From Nemertoderma westbladi (lineage: Eukaryota > Animalia > Xenacoelomorpha), in contig JAUCBJ010008184.1 of assembly GCA_032718475.1 (NCBI GenBank), forward strand, positions 1 to 40,313: a stretch of DNA of 40,313 nucleotides, read 5' to 3'. Both the position numbers and the translations under genes were made by a program. The notes under the pieces were generated by a model, which searched no databases, had not been told where the DNA came from, and worked only from the letters and a program-made list of their open reading frames with translations. Shown piece by piece: positions 36,594-40,313 of the stretch (positions within the stretch are counted from its first letter, which is position 1; every line of letters begins with the position of its first letter).

Positions 36594-39089
36594 CTAACCA
36601 CTGGGAAGCAGCACCTCAAACTTGCGCCAATCACGTTTCTGCTTGTTAATAGCTGGCTGGCGAGTGCGTATATAAAACATTTCTAGTTTTTGCAGGACAG
36701 GACGCAAAGGGTGCCGTGCAATAACCTTGAAGTGTTTGAACAACTCTCGCCAGTCAGTCAACCAACGTGTGTTGGGCTCCCCGCGGTGCGTCATGATATG
36801 GTTGTGAACTGTCTTGCCTTGTTCACTACCATCATTGGCCGACCCGTCTTGATGCTGTCTAACGCGTTCAAATAAGTGTTGGATGGTATGTCCAACATAT
36901 TCCCCCTTACAAGAGGGACAAGCAAATGAATACACGACGTTAGAAGCCAGAATATCGGGAACCGGATGTTTCAATGATGGCAGTGATTGGCGCAGTTTGG
37001 CAGTTGTGTAAACAAACCGCACTGGCCGTGCGCAAGATCTCGGTACTAGACCACGTAGCCTACGAACGAAAAGTTCGGTAGCCCGACCGCGGTACTCAAA
37101 CTTACAGATGATAGGCCTGGGATTATCTACGGGTGCTGGATCCACCAGGTCAATGACCTCAGTGGGTGCAACCGCAGTCACCTCGCTCTCACTACAATTG
37201 CCAAGACGCCCCCTAGCGGCACGGACGGCGGTAAGCTCGCGTTGAATCATCGCATTCGTATATTGGTTATTGCTAAGAATGGTGTTAGCTTCGCCAATTG
37301 CAGAAAGGAGCTGGGAGCCATCCCCGCCCTTACTGACGTTGAAAATGCGATGAAACATTCCACGAACTACCCCCCGTTTGTATGCCTCAGGGGCACACGC
37401 AGTAGCATTAAGAACAAGCCCGGTATCTGTAGGCTTGCGGTACCACGCCGTCGCAAGCGCGTGGTCAGTACGGGACACAACCAAATCAAGGAAAGGCAAG
37501 CGGCCCTGTTCCTCCAACTCAAGTGTAAACTTAAGATTGGGGTGGAGGGCATTGACCTCTCTCAGCTTCTCAGTGGGGTCATTACTACCAACGCTAAACA
37601 CGTCATCAACGTACCTATCGCTAAGCTTGGTACCCGCCGCGATCTGCTCATCGAACTGTGACAGAAAGATGTTGGCGAGTATGGGACCCAAAGGGGAGCC
37701 CATGGCGACACCATCCCTCTGACAACGGTAGTTACCACGGTGATCCAGGAATACAACATCCTGTGTAGCAACCAACATAAGACGAATAAATTGGTCCTTG
37801 TTGATAGGCTGGTCAGGATGTTGCTCGTACAGTAGATCAGCAGCAAGCTGCACCGCCTCCTTGAGTGGAACATTAGTGAATAAACTCACTACGTCCAGGG
37901 AGTAGAGGCGGTCCGTGGGTTCTACCTCCAGCTCGGCGAGACGATCGGCAGCCCCGGCGCTGTTAGTACCAATCCTACCCTCTGGCAGCACCTGCAACAT
38001 GTCCCTGAGGTACTCAGCGACAGGGTGGTAGATGCTGCCGGGCATTGAAGTTATCGGGCGGAGGGGGACACCAGCCTTGTGGACCTTAGCGAGGCCATAC
38101 AGCCTCGGGGGAGTAGTATCCTTGCGCGGTAGTAACTTGGCTAGGAGTTCCTTACTCTCCTTACCCACAATACTGGTGACCTCGTCCCGTATAACCTCGG
38201 CCCTACGACGGTAAATATCGATCTTCACAGCACCCGGGCGGCCTGGAGGGGGACCAAACTTGGCGGGGTCGGCGATGAGAGTATCAGCCCTGGTCAGATA
38301 CGACTCCTTCCTCATAACACAATAGCCGTTCCCCTTGTCAAAAGGCACAGCAATCAGGCCCTGTTGCTTCAAGTAACGCGCGGTTGTAGCGACAGCATCT
38401 GACTGCCGCTGTAAGCGCATTAACCTGGCGTAATTCTGGGAGTGGTGTGACACACTTACTTTGTCAGCATCAGTGGCGCGGGTGAAATAATCTACCTGAG
38501 AGTAGAAGAGTGCGGTGTCAAACTTGGTTTTGACCGGGTTCTTGGCCCCAAGTCTGAGCACCGACTCAACCGTCTCAGGCAGAACAATACCATCCTCGCA
38601 CCGGACTGTGCCGTGGACATTAAGTAAGGGTGTCCCTTGGCTTCCGGCCCACCACCTAAACTTCTCGTCCTGGTCGGCCCTCCGCCGCTCGAGTTTACCG
38701 TTACACCAGGTGTTAGCCTGGTGGACGGCATCCTCAATCAGCTGAGAGTCTCCCAGTCGAGTGGCAAGGTGATGCTTGGTACTCTCCACACGACCCTCTG
38801 CAGCCTTCAGCTCATTCACCCTCCTAGCTATGGTTGTGTTTAGCAACCGCAGCTGAAAGGCCCGAATAGCATCAGGTTCTGCAAATGGACGAGATGGAGG
38901 TACCTTGAATGCCAGAAACCGTGGCACCACACCAGAATCACTACAACGGGTTAAGAAAACCGTGTCAGTGGCAAGGTTCCCCGCTTTGAGAACCACATCT
39001 CTATACCTGAGGAACGTTCTCCACTCCCCCTTCCCACGTAGCGCAGCCACGAAGTCAGTGGGAAAAGGGTTCGATCCACCGGCAGCCAT
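36594..39089 (-). CDS. Penelope-like RT + GIY-YIG endonuclease (~830 aa from the ATG at 39089; frame open from 39188)
   Basis: PFDKGNG, YGLAKVHK..PLRPI, SLDVVSLFTNVP, GVAMGSPLGPILAN, RYVDD, LPFLD, YRKPT; NVVYSFAC..YVGHT..RVRQH..LE..IN. Confidence 0.95.
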   Translation of the reverse strand: MAAGGSNPFPTDFVAALRGKGEWRTFLRYRDVVLKAGNLATDTVFLTRCSDSGVVPRFLAFKVPPSRPFAEPDAIRAFQLRLLNTTIARRVNELKAAEGRVESTKHHLATRLGDSQLIEDAVHQANTWCNGKLERRRADQDEKFRWWAGSQGTPLLNVHGTVRCEDGIVLPETVESVLRLGAKNPVKTKFDTALFYSQVDYFTRATDADKVSVSHHSQNYARLMRLQRQSDAVATTARYLKQQGLIAVPFDKGNGYCVMRKESYLTRADTLIADPAKFGPPPGRPGAVKIDIYRRRAEVIRDEVTSIVGKESKELLAKLLPRKDTTPPRLYGLAKVHKAGVPLRPITSMPGSIYHPVAEYLRDMLQVLPEGRIGTNSAGAADRLAELEVEPTDRLYSLDVVSLFTNVPLKEAVQLAADLLYEQHPDQPINKDQFIRLMLVATQDVVFLDHRGNYRCQRDGVAMGSPLGPILANIFLSQFDEQIAAGTKLSDRYVDDVFSVGSNDPTEKLREVNALHPNLKFTLELEEQGRLPFLDLVVSRTDHALATAWYRKPTDTGLVLNATACAPEAYKRGVVRGMFHRIFNVSKGGDGSQLLSAIGEANTILSNNQYTNAMIQRELTAVRAARGRLGNCSESEVTAVAPTEVIDLVDPAPVDNPRPIICKFEYRGRATELFVRRLRGLVPRSCARPVRFVYTTAKLRQSLPSLKHPVPDILASNVVYSFACPSCKGEYVGHTIQHLFERVRQHQDGSANDGSEQGKTVHNHIMTHRGEPNTRWLTDWRELFKHFKVIARHPLRPVLQKLEMFYIRTRQPAINKQKRDWRKFEVLLPSG

Positions 39090-39382
39090 CCCAACCAACC
39101 CAACCACTGAAAAATAACACCCAAGGAGGACAACCAACCTATTCAACTTCAAATACATAAGGGCACAATGGACAAGCACAACACACAATATGACTCTAAT
39201 AGACGATTTAACAATACTCCAATAATTACGTCAAAATATAACCCAATACAGAAAAATGTTCAAATAAATCGATGATCAAATAAATAATGAAAGACTAAAA
39301 AGAAGGTTAAAAATGAATAAAAAGAATAAAAAATATAAAACTGTATACCAAAGTCTAATAATCATATGGCGAAAAACCGAAT

Positions 39383-40240
39383 AACTCGTAAATGAGAACC
39401 CGAACTCGTAGATGAGAACACGAACTCGTAGATGAGAACACGAACTCGTAGATGAGAACCCGAACTCGTAGATGAGAACCCGAGCTCGTAGATGAGACCC
39501 CGAACTCGTAGAAGCGAACCCGAACTCGTAGATGAGAACCCAAACTCGTGATGAGAACCCGAACTCGCAGATGAGAACCCGAACTCGTAGATGAGAACCC
39601 GAACTCGTAGATGAGAACCCGAACTCGTAGATGAGAACCCGAGCTCGTAGATGAGACCCCGAACTCGTAGAAGCGAACCCGAACTCGTAGATGAGAACCC
39701 AAACTCGTGATGAGAACCCGAACTCGCAGATGAGAACCCGAACTCGTAGATGAGAACACGAACTCGTAGATGAGAATCCGACCTCGTACTGTCGTAGATG
39801 AGACCCGAACTCGTTGATGCGAACCCGAACTCGTAGATGAGAACCCGAACTCGTAGATGAGAACCCGAGCTCGTAGATGAGACCCCGAACTCGTAGAAGC
39901 GAACCCGAACTCGTAGATGAGAACCCAAACTCGTGATGAGAACCCGAACTCGCAGATGAGAACCCGAACTCGTAGATGAGAACACGAACTCGTAGATGAG
40001 AACACGAACTCGTAGATGAGAATCCGAACTCGTACTGTCGTAGATGAGACCCGAACTCGTTGATGCGAACCTGGCACCCGAACTCGTAGATGAGAACCCG
40101 AACTCGTAGATGAGAACCCGAGCTCGTAGAAGAGAACCCGAACTCGTAGAAGGGAACCCGAACTCGTAGATGAGAACCCGAACTCGTGATGAGAACCCGA
40201 ACTCGCAGATGAGACCCGAACTCGCAGATGAGAACCCGTA
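39383..40240. repeat. 20-bp tandem satellite (~42 copies)
   Basis: Unit GATGAGAACCCGAACTCGTA, with recurring variant units (GAGCTC, AAGCGAACC, TACTGTCGTA). Confidence 0.97.
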
Positions 40241-40313
40241 CTTGTTGGCGAGGAACAGCCGAGAAACTGATGCCAGTAACTGAGTAAACCGAGATCTGTG
40301 GCGTGCAGACTGA

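Larger units (their letters stand above)
36360..39188 (-). mobile_element. Penelope-like element (endonuclease-positive), apparently intact
   Basis: Single ORF with PLE RT and C-terminal GIY-YIG, followed by a short 3' region with a hammerhead-like core. Element ends are approximate. Confidence 0.92.

Noticed and set aside
39355-40077. Ser/Arg-rich ORFs
   Set aside because: They are translations of the 20-bp satellite.

Overview
This is eukaryotic (most likely invertebrate animal) DNA, not prokaryotic. A spliced class-A (rhodopsin-family) GPCR gene runs on the minus strand. Four in-frame exons (TM3-TM6) lie at 30978-30830, 12974-12828, 9855-9724 and 7273-7144, and there is a damaged TM2-like exon. 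Its introns and flanks are packed with nested mobile elements. The largest is a complete 16.3-kb BEL/Pao LTR retrotransposon (13352-29629; 1.16-kb LTRs, GAAAG TSD) inserted into a decayed Gypsy RNase H region. It has a very long 5' leader, a coiled-coil N-terminal Gag extension and an unrecognised ~500-codon extra ORF in the env position. Also present: the 5' part of a second LTR element of similar build, with a tRNA-like Pol III box pair in its putative LTR; a probable non-autonomous Helitron carrying a CRE-clade retroposon fragment; RTE and RTEX-like LINE fragments; IS3EU-like TIR elements; and an intact Penelope-like element (RT + GIY-YIG) between two satellite arrays. All calls come from reading the sequence and recognising motifs; no searches were run.
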